DNA from: an uncultured Cytophagia bacterium
Lineage (GTDB): Bacteria; Zhuqueibacterota; Zhuqueibacteria; Residuimicrobiales; Krinioviventaceae
Assembly: GCA_964607755.1 (NCBI GenBank)
Contig: CAZSMC010000019.1
Span: 170 to 64,169 of the forward strand
Length of the DNA: 64,000 nucleotides
Reading direction: 5' to 3'
Shown here: piece by piece, positions 8,100 through 18,170 of the stretch
How positions within the stretch are numbered: position 1 is the stretch's first letter
Layout of the letters: every line of letters starts with the position of its first letter
Position numbers and translations under genes: made by a program
Notes under the pieces: model-generated
Seen by the model: only the letters and a program-made list of their open reading frames with translations
Told to the model about the DNA's origin: nothing
Databases searched by the model: none

Positions 8100-9980
8100 A
8101 TGGTCCAAAAAATGGTTGTTACAGTGATGCTCATGTGTCTGATTGTGAGTACAAGCTGGACACAGGATAATTATTTTATTCCATTCATGCACAAAGCGAC
8201 AGAACCGGTGACAGTCGATGGTGTCCTCGATGAATGGAATTTTTGCTTTCCGATTGACATGAATCAGGAGACAGCGCCAGCCAATTCACGTTGCCAGGAC
8301 TGGATGCCGGTCGATAACATCGACCTGAGCGGAACGATCAAGGTAATGTGGGACGAAGAGTACTTTTACATTTCAGCAGAAATCCGCGATGATTTACCAG
8401 GCGTTCTACCCGCTCCAGGCTGGCGCGCAGATGCTGTGGAAGTTTATTTTGGCAACTATGATGTCGGCAATGTACCCTGGGACCCAAACGGCGACGGAAC
8501 AACCCCGGATACCGAGGAAAAATACGCCTGCCAAATCTCTTTTTATTTTGACTCTGATAACGATACCTGCGACATTGTGCAATACACACCAATACAACGC
8601 TCTCTTAAATCTAATAAATCAGTCATGAAAGGTCTCTTGTGGGATAATTTCGAAGGTTATAATATCGAAGCCAAAGTCGCCTGGGAAGATTTCCGCTCCC
8701 CGAACGATAATGTGTTTGCCTTTAAAGGCGGTGAAATTACTCCGTGCACGTTTTCACTTTATGACGTGGACGACTGGGACCCGGATTCTGATGACTTTCA
8801 GGGTTATCAGTTTGCCGAACGCGACCATCCCCCCTATCAGGGTCCCGGACGTGGCTGGCAGGTGATGAAAGTGATGCCGGAACGGGAAACACCCTATTAC
8901 AAAGATTCCTCACCCTATCTCAAAAAGGCAAAGGGACCAGTAACGATTGACGGTAATCTCAATGAATGGAATTACTGTTTTCCTGTAAACATGAATCAAA
9001 CAAGTATCCCCGACTATTCACGCGCTTATAATTGGTGGCCAATGGATAATATCGATCTGAGCGGACCACTCAAATTCATGTACGATGAAAACTATTTATA
9101 CATCGGCTCACATATTGCCGATGACTTACCAGGAGTCATTCCCCAGCACGCCCATTGGTCTGCTGATGCCATTGAAATCTATCTGGGAAACTATGATATT
9201 GGCGAGATGGGTGTTGTGCCAGACCACAGCGGTTATGCCAATTCAGATGACATGCTTGATGTCCAGCTTGGGTTTTACTATGACGCGGATCTCGATTCTG
9301 TTGATATATATTTATGGAATCCAAGTGACAAGGCTGGCTTTCTGCCATCCAACGATACGCAAGCTGCCGCAAAGATATGGGATAATGGACTTGGTTATGA
9401 TTATGAGGCACGCGTTTCCCTTCAGGAACTGGCCGATATGGTTGATGAAGAACTTGGGCAGCGCACATTCGACTTTGTCGGCAATGTCGGAGCCATATTT
9501 CCGTGCACTTATGCTCTCTATGACCGTGATGACTGGACCGAGGATGATTTTCAAGGATACCAATACGTATCCGATGCTGCTGCGCCTTTTAATGGCCCCG
9601 GAGCAGGCGGCTGGGAAGGTGTGAAAATTGTTCCCACCTGTCTTTACGAAAATCTCGACCACTTGTGGGAAACATACACATTTGTCGCAGACGGCTCCCA
9701 ACCAGTAAAATCCTCAACTTTTCTTTTAAAGCCGAATTACCCAAACCCGTTTAATCCGGTGACAACAATTGAATTTACCCTGCCCCGGGATGGAACAGTA
9801 GACCTTTCCATTTATAACGCGCGCGGTGAAGTTGTTAAAAATGTGTTATCGCATTCATTTCTTAATGCTGGAATACATGCCTGTACTGTAGATATGTCTC
9901 ATCTTCCAAGCGGTGTTTACCTCTCTGTCTTGAGTTATGGTGAAGAAACTCAAGCACAAAAAATGATGCTCATCAAGTAA
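8100..9980 (+). CDS. Secreted protein with two tandem CBM9/DOMON-like sugar-binding modules and a T9SS type A C-terminal sorting domain
   Basis: 626 aa; signal peptide; two homologous modules (PVTVDGVLDEW...DLSGTIKVMWDEEYFY...DAVEVY and PVTIDGNLNEW...DLSGPLKFMYDENYLY...DAIEIY); C-terminal NYPNPFNPVTTIEF..P....V.LSIYN..G..V...LPSGVY....KMMLIK. Confidence 0.85.
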   Translation: MVQKMVVTVMLMCLIVSTSWTQDNYFIPFMHKATEPVTVDGVLDEWNFCFPIDMNQETAPANSRCQDWMPVDNIDLSGTIKVMWDEEYFYISAEIRDDLPGVLPAPGWRADAVEVYFGNYDVGNVPWDPNGDGTTPDTEEKYACQISFYFDSDNDTCDIVQYTPIQRSLKSNKSVMKGLLWDNFEGYNIEAKVAWEDFRSPNDNVFAFKGGEITPCTFSLYDVDDWDPDSDDFQGYQFAERDHPPYQGPGRGWQVMKVMPERETPYYKDSSPYLKKAKGPVTIDGNLNEWNYCFPVNMNQTSIPDYSRAYNWWPMDNIDLSGPLKFMYDENYLYIGSHIADDLPGVIPQHAHWSADAIEIYLGNYDIGEMGVVPDHSGYANSDDMLDVQLGFYYDADLDSVDIYLWNPSDKAGFLPSNDTQAAAKIWDNGLGYDYEARVSLQELADMVDEELGQRTFDFVGNVGAIFPCTYALYDRDDWTEDDFQGYQYVSDAAAPFNGPGAGGWEGVKIVPTCLYENLDHLWETYTFVADGSQPVKSSTFLLKPNYPNPFNPVTTIEFTLPRDGTVDLSIYNARGEVVKNVLSHSFLNAGIHACTVDMSHLPSGVYLSVLSYGEETQAQKMMLIK

Positions 9981-9984
9981 TTTA

Positions 9985-10018
9985 AAAGCCGGGTAATGTC
10001 GTTATTCTACCCGGCTTT
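9985..10018 (+). terminator. Intrinsic terminator (possibly bidirectional)
   Basis: aaagccgggta/tacccggcttt inverted repeat starting 5 nt after the 9980 stop. Confidence 0.75.
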
Positions 10019-10149
10019 AAGTTCTATAATTTTGACAATCAATATCTCAACGCATCTTCCTCTTTGAATCCTGCCAAATCCTTTGTACATTTTGTTTTAA
10101 TTTTCGGTGAATAATTTGACGATACGAAATCATAAAGCAGGAGGGTTTT

Positions 10150-11202
10150 ATGACAAAGATCACCCTGATCTTTATCGGGATGTGCGTTTTACTCACAATA
10201 TCTGTGTGCTCCAAAGATTCCGATAACGGCACAGATCCCACGGTCGAGAAAGGTGTGCGAACGATGACATGGCATGGCTGGCAAAATTCTGTTGAAATCA
10301 ATAACGCAACAACCAAAGTGATTGTGGTTCCGGCTATAGGCCGGATCATGTATTATGGTCTCCAGGACGGTAATAATGTGCTGTGGAATAATCCGCAGTT
10401 TTTCGGCAAAACACTGCCGGAAGGCAAGCCGTATAAACAAAACGGCAGCATAGTCTGGGCGAACTTTGGCGGCGATAAAGTGTGGCCGACAGAGCAAAGC
10501 CAGTTTCCTGAAATTAACGGCCGCGGCTGGCCGCCGGACCACTGGTTCGATGGCGGTAAACACGATTATGAGCTGCTGGAAAACGGAGTCGTCATCACCG
10601 GCCAGGTCAGTGATTATTGCGGCGCCAGGATCAGTCGTGAAATCATTCTTGATCAAGAGACGTCTGAATTGACCATAAACCAGACTATTACCAAAGAAAA
10701 ACGGGCGCAAAACAATGCCGTCGAGCCGATCAGTTTTACGGTGTGGAATGTCACTCAAATCCGTTCCCCGGTCATGACGCTGTTCAACCTGAATCCGAAC
10801 AGCGCTCTGGAAAACGGTTATTATTTGTGGCAAGATGAAGCGGCAACCAATTTTAATGTTTACGGCAATGTCGGTGCCTTTCTGCCGGACCCAAGCAGGG
10901 CCCAAAAAGCCGGGGCGGATTCGGACAAGTGGTTAGCAGCAATCGTGGATAATACAGTGATCGGGGAATTTTTCACCTATCAGCCCGGGGAAGAATATCC
11001 GGACAGCGGTTTGAGCGCCGAGGTGTACACCAGTCCCGAGTATACTGAACTCGAACTTCTCAGCCCATTCAAGAAACTGAGAATAGATGAAAGCCTGAAT
11101 TACACGATAAAATGGCGATTGCACAAATTGCCGTCTGATGCATCGTCAATGGATGCCAAACGCGAAGCCGCTGTTGAGTGGCTGAACAGCGTGGCGCAAT
11201 AA
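10150..11202 (+). CDS. DUF4380-like lipoprotein (galactose mutarotase-like fold, inferred)
   Basis: 350 aa; signal peptide with Cys (TISV-C); GW...V.I.N....V.VVPAIGRIMYYG, ANFGGDKVWP and YTELELLSPF motifs as recalled for DUF4380; AGGAGG RBS. Confidence 0.72.
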   Translation: MTKITLIFIGMCVLLTISVCSKDSDNGTDPTVEKGVRTMTWHGWQNSVEINNATTKVIVVPAIGRIMYYGLQDGNNVLWNNPQFFGKTLPEGKPYKQNGSIVWANFGGDKVWPTEQSQFPEINGRGWPPDHWFDGGKHDYELLENGVVITGQVSDYCGARISREIILDQETSELTINQTITKEKRAQNNAVEPISFTVWNVTQIRSPVMTLFNLNPNSALENGYYLWQDEAATNFNVYGNVGAFLPDPSRAQKAGADSDKWLAAIVDNTVIGEFFTYQPGEEYPDSGLSAEVYTSPEYTELELLSPFKKLRIDESLNYTIKWRLHKLPSDASSMDAKREAAVEWLNSVAQ

Positions 11203-11209
11203 AATAAAA

Positions 11210-11242
11210 TGGCCCCGAATATTTTGACCGGGGCCACTTTTT
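11210..11242. terminator. Bidirectional intrinsic terminator between convergent genes
   Basis: tggccccg/cggggcca stem with an A-tract before and a T-tract after. Confidence 0.7.
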
Positions 11243-11246
11243 CATT

Positions 11247-11846
11247 TTACCATTCCAGTTCGTCTTTTTTACCAATCATGTCATTCAACCGGTTGGAAAT
11301 AATATCCTCTTTCTTTTCCTGGCGTAATTGAACCGCTTCTTTGAGTTTGGCCAGTTCTTTTTCCAGTTTTTCAATTCGTCGCTTTTTTTCGAGTTCGCGC
11401 AAATCAAAAAGTGTATCCAGTTTTTCTCGTAATTCCGCTTTGATGTTTTCCTTCTCGGCCTCATCTTCCGATTGCCGGTATTCCATGGCCAATTGCCAGG
11501 TTTGGATTTCCAACTGAATGCGTTCTTTGCTGGATTCATACAAATCAGGATCTTTGTTTTCCAGAAAATCGAATTTTTCCAGTTCTGCCCACGTTTTTAT
11601 CAACATGCGGCGATAAAAAGCAGGATTTTCTTTTTCCATATTCTCCAGGACATCCTGGCTAATAATATCTTTTTCTACAATTTTTTCAAAAGCTCTATCC
11701 ACGATCTGGTCTAATCGAGCCGGAGTTTTTGGCTGATTTTTTAAATTATCGCGTCTGTTAGCGCCTGGCGGCAACATGTTCTGACCACTCTGTGCCAGAG
11801 TGAGGGTTGAGACAATGAAAATTATCAAAATAAATAGCTTCTTCAT
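11247..11846 (-). CDS. Secreted coiled-coil protein, third gene of the ECF sigma operon
   Basis: 199 aa; signal peptide (STLTLA-Q); E/K/R-rich helical body ending DELEW; GGAGG RBS; 15 nt after the anti-sigma stop. Confidence 0.8.
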   Translation of the reverse strand: MKKLFILIIFIVSTLTLAQSGQNMLPPGANRRDNLKNQPKTPARLDQIVDRAFEKIVEKDIISQDVLENMEKENPAFYRRMLIKTWAELEKFDFLENKDPDLYESSKERIQLEIQTWQLAMEYRQSEDEAEKENIKAELREKLDTLFDLRELEKKRRIEKLEKELAKLKEAVQLRQEKKEDIISNRLNDMIGKKDELEW

Positions 11847-11861
11847 CCTAACCTCCGTGAG

Positions 11862-12449
11862 CTAAAATGTTTGTTCATCAGTTTGCTGTAAAAGAGACAA
11901 AATATCATTTTCAATTTCCTGTAGCCGGACTTTTATCGAATTCTCGAATAATTCGGCATCGGGATCATTGCCGTACAGGTGATCTCCGTCAGCCATGAGA
12001 AGAGTGATCTCCTTTTCTATCGCATCGAATTCTTCATCCAGACTGGCGTTCCATTGCAAGACATGTGTTTTATTAATCCTTGTTCCGGATTCAAAGGGAG
12101 AAATATACCAAAACAACAGAAGAAAAATCACTGAAACAACAGCAGTGCCGATCCAGGCGATTCGGGGCATTGGGTGAATCATCTGTCGTGCATGAGCTAG
12201 CAGAGACTTTAGTTTTTCTAACCAGCAACCACTGGATTGCGCCTGTTCCAAGATATCTTCAATCAATGACGGATCCACATCATCAAGCGGAATAGAGTGC
12301 ACAGCTTCTTGTGTCTTTTTCAGCAAAGCCAACTCTTGCTGGCACTTTTGACACGATGAGAGATGTTCTAAAAATTCTTTTCCGATCTGCTCTTCCAATT
12401 CATTATAAAGATAAAGCAGCGCAATGTCTTTATATTTTTCACAACACAT
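11862..12449 (-). CDS. Zinc-binding (ZAS/zf-HC2) transmembrane anti-sigma factor
   Basis: N-terminal C...HLSSCQKC (HxxxCxxC); one TM helix; start overlaps the sigma stop. Confidence 0.9.
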   Translation of the reverse strand: MCCEKYKDIALLYLYNELEEQIGKEFLEHLSSCQKCQQELALLKKTQEAVHSIPLDDVDPSLIEDILEQAQSSGCWLEKLKSLLAHARQMIHPMPRIAWIGTAVVSVIFLLLFWYISPFESGTRINKTHVLQWNASLDEEFDAIEKEITLLMADGDHLYGNDPDAELFENSIKVRLQEIENDILSLLQQTDEQTF

Positions 12450-13041
12450 TATCCAATTCTCCGAAATCGTTTGTTGCCATTTTTCGCAAATTCAGCAGCG
12501 CGTAGCGCATTCTGCCAAGCACGGTATTTATCGGACAGTCCAGCATGACTGCAATTTCTTTGAAGGACAATCCGCTATGCTCTCTGAGCAGCAAAACCTG
12601 GCGCTGTTCCACAGGTAAACGCTTTATGGCTTTTTTGAGATAACTTTGCAGCTCGCGTTGTTTGACATCCTCTTCTGGTGACGGTGAATGGGTATCGAGA
12701 ATGTCCGGTGACGGCATGCCGTTATTTTCCTGTGAAACGGGTTCCATGATTTTTGTCTGCCTCTTGTGTTTGCGAAGGTAATCGATAGCTAACCGATTGG
12801 CGATGCCGAAAAGCCAGCTTGAAAACTTGCCTTGCTCTTTATACCGGGGCAACGCTTTGATCACTTTAAAAAATGTATCCTGAAAAAGATCATCCGCTGC
12901 ACCTGGATCGCTCACCATACGTTGCAAATAAGAAGCAAGTTGCCGGCGATAGCGTGTAACCAGGATGTCAAATGCCTTGACATCACCATGTTGATAGTTC
13001 CGGACCAGGTCGGCATCGCTTATCAAATCTGTCTGTCTCAT
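12439..13041 (-). CDS. ECF-type RNA polymerase sigma-70 factor
   Basis: 200 aa; region 2 (AADDLFQDTFFKV...FSSWLFGIANRLAIDYLRK) and region 4 (LPVEQRQVLLLREHSGLSFKEIA..L.CPINTV..R). Confidence 0.95.
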   Translation of the reverse strand: MRQTDLISDADLVRNYQHGDVKAFDILVTRYRRQLASYLQRMVSDPGAADDLFQDTFFKVIKALPRYKEQGKFSSWLFGIANRLAIDYLRKHKRQTKIMEPVSQENNGMPSPDILDTHSPSPEEDVKQRELQSYLKKAIKRLPVEQRQVLLLREHSGLSFKEIAVMLDCPINTVLGRMRYALLNLRKMATNDFGELDNVL

Positions 13042-13188
13042 AGTTTCTGGTTTTGATCAGTTCAATACAGTAAACGTTTGATATGCCAATATATTGTGTG
13101 AAAAATTCATTTTCTTTTTAAACATTCAAGAGGAAAACAGAAAAGTATTACTTTCGTTCAGGGAATAATTGTGCACATACCCGGCAGG

Positions 13189-15720
13189 TCAAGAAAAGAA
13201 ATGTTTCAGCTCGTTGAAAATCTGGTCACGGGAACCGGTGACGAGCCGGCATTTTGGCAGGGAATTGATGAAGCGTTTGCCATAACTTTTTTGAATAACG
13301 CGTTTGTCGAAAATAATTACTGAACCGCGATCGCTTTTCCTTCGGATAAGCCGGCCAAATCCCTGCTTGAACTTGAGCACAGCCAGCGGTACAGCATATT
13401 CCATAAACGCATTACCGCCGCGTTTCTGGATCGCTTCATAGCGCGCTTCAATGACCGGCTCGCTCGGCACCTGAAAAGGTAATTTAGTGATAATCACTGA
13501 TTCCAGTGCTTTGCCTTCGACGTCCACGCCTTCCCAGAAACTGTCTGTGGCAAACAGCACAGACGAGGTGTCACGCCTGAACCGGGTGATTAACCGGTCG
13601 CGGTTTTCTTCGCCCTGTTTGAGCGTATGGATGCCGATTTTCTCAAGCGATTCAACCAGCTCCCTGTAAATCATGTTTAGCAAACCATAGGACGTAAACA
13701 ACACAAATGCGCGCCCTTTGGAAATGCTTAACGCTTTGAAAATGGCAGCACTTAATTTTTGTGCAAATTGCTGTTCTCGGGGATCAGGCATATCGGTTGG
13801 AACTGTCAAAAGCACCTGGCTTTCATAATCGAACGGCGCATCTAAAAGCAATTCGGAACGGCGCCCGTTTTGCAGTTCATCTAAACCAATCCGGTCGGCC
13901 AAAAAGTCAAACTTTTTGTCCACTGTCAAGGTGGCCGAAGTCATGATAATGGTGTTAAAATTGTCGTAAACAGCCATGTTCATCATCTCGCCCACTTCGA
14001 GTGGCGAGCTTTTGAAGCGAACGATATTGCGGCCCCGCCAGCTTGGTTTGGCTTCTATCCAACGGATGTGGTCGTCATCGTGATTGAACAGCACATCTTT
14101 GATGATATCGTGAGCAGCGTTCAGCCGCTCCATCTGGGCGTTCAGCTCGATGAGTACAGAATCCCAACCTGGATCGTCGACAAATTTAGTGCACGGTTTA
14201 GCAACATTCACCAGCTCTGCAAGTTCGCTGGTAAAAGTGTGAATTTCGTGCAAATACTCATCGAACGGTTCTTTCAAAGCTCGCTGATGAATCAATTCAT
14301 TGACCACCTGCGGGATTAATCGTATTTTTGTCTCGCCCTTTAATTCCTGCACCCCTTGGCTGGCTTCGATCACCTGGTAAAATTTGTCCATCAAAACATC
14401 GGTAGATTCGATGAGATTGTCCACAGACGGTACCAGTTCTTCCTGAACAAACCGGACAATCTGTATGGCCTTTTCGTCAGTAATATCTTCTCTATAACGA
14501 AGCGCTTTCAAACGCAGCAAATGAAGATAACCTTTATCCGTTTCTTTGGTGCGGCGATGCAGTCGGTGAAGAATACGAATGACGCCACCGCGGGTAATTT
14601 GGCTGCCAAAATAATTCGTAGCCACGCCTTCGATGTGATGCGCTTCGTCAAAGATAATGCTCTGATACGGCGGTAGAACGGCTGTGCTTTTCATACTGCC
14701 GGTTTGATGGCGGACTGCCAGATCAGCAAAAAGCAGATGATGATTGACCACAAGAATGTGGGATTTTGCCGCCTGCCGGCGCGCCCGGTTCACAAAACAT
14801 TCCTTAAAATGCAGACAACGGCTTCTGGGACACGTGTCACTCTCGGCTGCGATCTTTTCCCACACATTCCATTTGGGAATGAACGAAAGATCTGCCTTGC
14901 TGCCGTCTTTTGTCTTTTTCGCCCATTGGATGAGTGCCAGCAATTCATCCCGGTCCTGGTCGTCTGACTGCAATATTAACTCGGATTGAACATCATCGAC
15001 TTTGCGCAGGCAGACGTAATTGGAACGGCCTTTAATCAAAACAGCATCAAACTCCACATCGAGTACTTTTTGTAAAAACGGTATATCTTTATTAATGAGC
15101 TGTTCCTGCAAATTAATTGTGTTGGTTGAAACAACGACGCGTTCTTTGTTATGGACAGCCCAGTGAATGGCCGGTAAAAGGTACGCCATGGTTTTGCCGG
15201 TACCGGTGCCGGCTTCAATCGTTGCCACCGTGCCCCGATTGAATGCCTGAATCACTTGCTCGATCATGTCGATTTGTTGAGGCCGATCCTCGTAACTGGG
15301 TAGATTTTTGGCAATCAGTCCACCGGGCTGCAAAAGCTTTTCCATGGCTTTGATATCCAGAAAAGTCGTTTCTTCCCGGTGACGCGGTTCGAGAACAGCA
15401 TAGATATTTTCGACGTTATTGTCGACGATAAAAAAAGCTGTGCTAAAATCATCGAGTTGGGCAGCAATGGCCAGGTCCGCATCGGAAGGTTTTAGCACGC
15501 CGTTCGGATGGTTGTGGATGACCACATCCGCATCTTCGGCCTCGCTGCGAACCACGGGTACGGCTGTATCATGCCCCCGGGCAACGACTTGTACATCCTG
15601 GACAATCAGATCATCATCGACATACCCAACAAAAAAAACCTCGTTGCCCTCTGCAGCACGGATTTCCTGGCGAATTCGATCGCACACTTTTTTTGTTAAA
15701 TATGTGGACGCCCTGCTCAT
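13189..15720 (-). CDS. dinG: DinG/YoaA-family Fe-S helicase with an N-terminal JAB/MPN domain
   Basis: 843 aa; EAGTGTGKT, DEAH, four Fe-S Cys (YVCLRK...DTCPRSRCLHFKEC), FWEGVDV, QGFGRLIR; first ~115 aa carry E...HNHPNGVLKPSDAD, the JAB HxH-x7-S-x2-D motif. Confidence 0.92.
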   Translation of the reverse strand: MSRASTYLTKKVCDRIRQEIRAAEGNEVFFVGYVDDDLIVQDVQVVARGHDTAVPVVRSEAEDADVVIHNHPNGVLKPSDADLAIAAQLDDFSTAFFIVDNNVENIYAVLEPRHREETTFLDIKAMEKLLQPGGLIAKNLPSYEDRPQQIDMIEQVIQAFNRGTVATIEAGTGTGKTMAYLLPAIHWAVHNKERVVVSTNTINLQEQLINKDIPFLQKVLDVEFDAVLIKGRSNYVCLRKVDDVQSELILQSDDQDRDELLALIQWAKKTKDGSKADLSFIPKWNVWEKIAAESDTCPRSRCLHFKECFVNRARRQAAKSHILVVNHHLLFADLAVRHQTGSMKSTAVLPPYQSIIFDEAHHIEGVATNYFGSQITRGGVIRILHRLHRRTKETDKGYLHLLRLKALRYREDITDEKAIQIVRFVQEELVPSVDNLIESTDVLMDKFYQVIEASQGVQELKGETKIRLIPQVVNELIHQRALKEPFDEYLHEIHTFTSELAELVNVAKPCTKFVDDPGWDSVLIELNAQMERLNAAHDIIKDVLFNHDDDHIRWIEAKPSWRGRNIVRFKSSPLEVGEMMNMAVYDNFNTIIMTSATLTVDKKFDFLADRIGLDELQNGRRSELLLDAPFDYESQVLLTVPTDMPDPREQQFAQKLSAAIFKALSISKGRAFVLFTSYGLLNMIYRELVESLEKIGIHTLKQGEENRDRLITRFRRDTSSVLFATDSFWEGVDVEGKALESVIITKLPFQVPSEPVIEARYEAIQKRGGNAFMEYAVPLAVLKFKQGFGRLIRRKSDRGSVIIFDKRVIQKSYGKRFINSLPKCRLVTGSRDQIFNELKHFFS

Positions 15721-15728
15721 AACAGTTT

Positions 15729-16697
15729 TTAAAACAACTCGGATTGATTGGTATAGGAAAGAATTTCAGCGTCATAACCGATATTTTTGATGTGTTGCGG
15801 AAAATCTTTAAAACCGTGAGTTGTGTAAACTTTGTGGGGATTCACAGTTTTGACAAATTGCAGCAGTTCTTCAAAATCGGCATGATCACTGAGTGGGATC
15901 GAATGATCGCAGCCAAATCTGCTTCCGGTGGGGCTGTCTGCCCAGCCGGACAGCAGCACAGTGCGAAAGCGGGAGGGCAAAGAATTGATCTTGCGATAGC
16001 GAAAAAGATGTGGGGGAATAATAAGCACTTCTCCGTGGCGTACAAGCTGGCCATTCCAAAGGGAACAGTTGCTAAATTCAACACCGTTTTGTCTATAAAT
16101 GGCAGCAATTTCCCAGGCTGAGCGGTGGACCCAGGTCTTGTAACCGGCATCACCAAGAATCTTCATCGCTTCCTGTGCCTTACCGAGCGTATAGCCCATG
16201 ACAATCGGCGTAATGGATTCTTGATGACAATCATAGATGAAGCTAAATAGTTCGGATACTAAAAAATCCGATGATTGATTATAGACATAATCGGGACTGC
16301 CAAATGTGGATTCCATGATCAGAATATCAGCGTGCGGAATGTCGATAGGCTGTGTGGTCCAGCCCGGTTTGATTTTAAAATCGCCTGTATAAAGCAATGT
16401 CACGTCATCGCGCTGTATGCGAATCATCGCAGAACCCAGTATATGCCCGGCCGGAAAGAGCTCGACTGTGCTTTCTTCCAACTCGTAAACGCAGCCGAGT
16501 TCGAGCTCTATCACCTCGCGCTGGCGAGCACGCAGTGCGTGGATTTGCACTGTTGGTGGTGTAGCTAATATTTTATCATGATTTTTCAGATGATCTGAAT
16601 GACCGTGGGAAACAAATGAAAACGGAACCTTTCGTCGTGCATCCAGCCAAAAATCGTGTGCGTAAAGTTTAATTCCTCGACGGTCATATAAAAACAT
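15729..16697 (-). CDS. MBL-fold/beta-CASP exonuclease
   Basis: 322 aa; SHGHSDH, PAGHILGS, YTGD, IMESTFG, GYTLGKAQ, LSDHADF and THG motifs. Confidence 0.88.
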   Translation of the reverse strand: MFLYDRRGIKLYAHDFWLDARRKVPFSFVSHGHSDHLKNHDKILATPPTVQIHALRARQREVIELELGCVYELEESTVELFPAGHILGSAMIRIQRDDVTLLYTGDFKIKPGWTTQPIDIPHADILIMESTFGSPDYVYNQSSDFLVSELFSFIYDCHQESITPIVMGYTLGKAQEAMKILGDAGYKTWVHRSAWEIAAIYRQNGVEFSNCSLWNGQLVRHGEVLIIPPHLFRYRKINSLPSRFRTVLLSGWADSPTGSRFGCDHSIPLSDHADFEELLQFVKTVNPHKVYTTHGFKDFPQHIKNIGYDAEILSYTNQSELF

Positions 16698-16700
16698 GTA

Positions 16701-17276
16701 TCACATCCTGTCTACTTTATCCAGAAAATATTTATGTATTGTGTTGTCACCGGTCAGCTCGGGATGGAATGTCGCCGCCAACAAATGTTTTTGTTCAACC
16801 AAAACAATATTGTCTCCGTGTTGTGCCAGGGGCATCACATTTTTTCCCAACCGGACAATTTTGGGCGCTCGTATAAATACACCTTCAAAATTTCCTTTTT
16901 CACCGTTCAGATCCAACTGAACGTCATCGATAAACGAGTCAACTTGCCGGCCGTAAGCATTGCGTTGAATATCAATATCAATGGCGCGCAATGTTTCCTG
17001 TTGCATATCAATGACCGCAGTAGCAAGAATAATACAGCCAGCGCATGTTCCCATGATTGGATGAGATTGTACGAATTCTTTTGTTGGTTCCCACAAGAGG
17101 TGTTTTTTCATCACGGTCGTTAATGTTGTTGACTCACCGCCGGGGATGATGAGTGCGTCACATTGTTCAAGATCAGCTCTTGTTCGCACCATTATGGCGG
17201 TGCGTCCCATTGCGAGCAACACCTCAGAATGTTTTTCAAAATCACCCTGAACCGCTAACACACCAATGGTTTTCAT
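16701..17276 (-). CDS. pdxT: PLP synthase glutaminase subunit
   Basis: IGVLAVQGDF, LIIPGGEST, GTCAG, RNAYGRQVDSF, FIRAP and TFHPEL motifs. Confidence 0.97.
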   Translation of the reverse strand: MKTIGVLAVQGDFEKHSEVLLAMGRTAIMVRTRADLEQCDALIIPGGESTTLTTVMKKHLLWEPTKEFVQSHPIMGTCAGCIILATAVIDMQQETLRAIDIDIQRNAYGRQVDSFIDDVQLDLNGEKGNFEGVFIRAPKIVRLGKNVMPLAQHGDNIVLVEQKHLLAATFHPELTGDNTIHKYFLDKVDRM

Positions 17277-17282
17277 ATTAAA

Positions 17283-18170
17283 TTACCATCCGCGATTGGC
17301 CATTCGTTCTTCTTCCGGCATTGTTGAAACATCGATGCCGACCATGGCTTCGCCCAAACCTTCGGATACCTGAGCAATCAGATCAAAGTCCATGTAATTG
17401 GTGGTAGCCGATACGATCGCTTTGGCGCGTTTTTCAGGATCACCGGATTTAAAAATACCGCTACCAACAAACACGGTTTCTGCGCCCAATTGCATCATCA
17501 GCGAAGCATCAGCCGGTGTGGCAATACCGCCGGCTGAAAAGTTGGGTACTGGCAGTTTTTCAAGTTTTTTAATCTGGCGGACAATTTCAACCGGTGCACC
17601 AAGGTTTTTCGCTTCAGTGACCAGTTCTTCATCACCCAAACGGGTAATGCGCCGGATGCCGGTTTGTACATTTCGCATGTGCCGGACAGCTTCCACCACA
17701 TTTCCGGAACCGGCTTCACCTTTGGTGCGGATCATGGCTGCGCCTTCGGCGATGCGCCGCAGAGCTTCGCCCAGGTCGCGACAGCCGCAGACAAAAGGCA
17801 CCTTGAACGCCCACTTGTTGACATGATATTGCTCGTCCGCCGGAGTGAGTACTTCGCTCTCGTCGATGAAATCAACGCCAAGGGCCTGCAGTACTTGCGC
17901 TTCGGCAAAATGTCCGATACGGCACTTTGCCATCACTGGTATGGACACAGCATCCTGAATCGCGCGTATAACTGTCGGATCAGACATACGGGCGATGCCG
18001 CCGTGTTCGCGAATATCAGCCGGAATCCGCTCGAGCGCCATCACTGCAACCGCTCCGGCATCCTCGGCAATTTTGGCCTGCTCGGGCGTGGTTACATCCA
18101 TGATGACGCCGCCTTTGAGCATTTCCGCCAATCCGACTTTTAATTTCATATCATTTGCATCTTTTTTCAT
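17283..18170 (-). CDS. pdxS: PLP synthase lyase subunit
   Basis: [43 protein letters not shown] and [10 protein letters not shown] motifs; ATG at 18170 follows a GAGG RBS (ORF track starts at 18182). Confidence 0.97.
   Translation of the reverse strand: MKKDANDMKLKVGLAEMLKGGVIMDVTTPEQAKIAEDAGAVAVMALERIPADIREHGGIARMSDPTVIRAIQDAVSIPVMAKCRIGHFAEAQVLQALGVDFIDESEVLTPADEQYHVNKWAFKVPFVCGCRDLGEALRRIAEGAAMIRTKGEAGSGNVVEAVRHMRNVQTGIRRITRLGDEELVTEAKNLGAPVEIVRQIKKLEKLPVPNFSAGGIATPADASLMMQLGAETVFVGSGIFKSGDPEKRAKAIVSATTNYMDFDLIAQVSEGLGEAMVGIDVSTMPEEERMANRGW

Noticed and set aside
8175-9630. Internal duplication as a DGR template/variable repeat pair
   Set aside because: Both units are in-frame protein domains diverged at all base types, and no reverse transcriptase is present.
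13189-15720. DinG as type IV CRISPR CasDinG
   Set aside because: No cas/csf genes or array in the window; it has a JAB domain and housekeeping neighbours.
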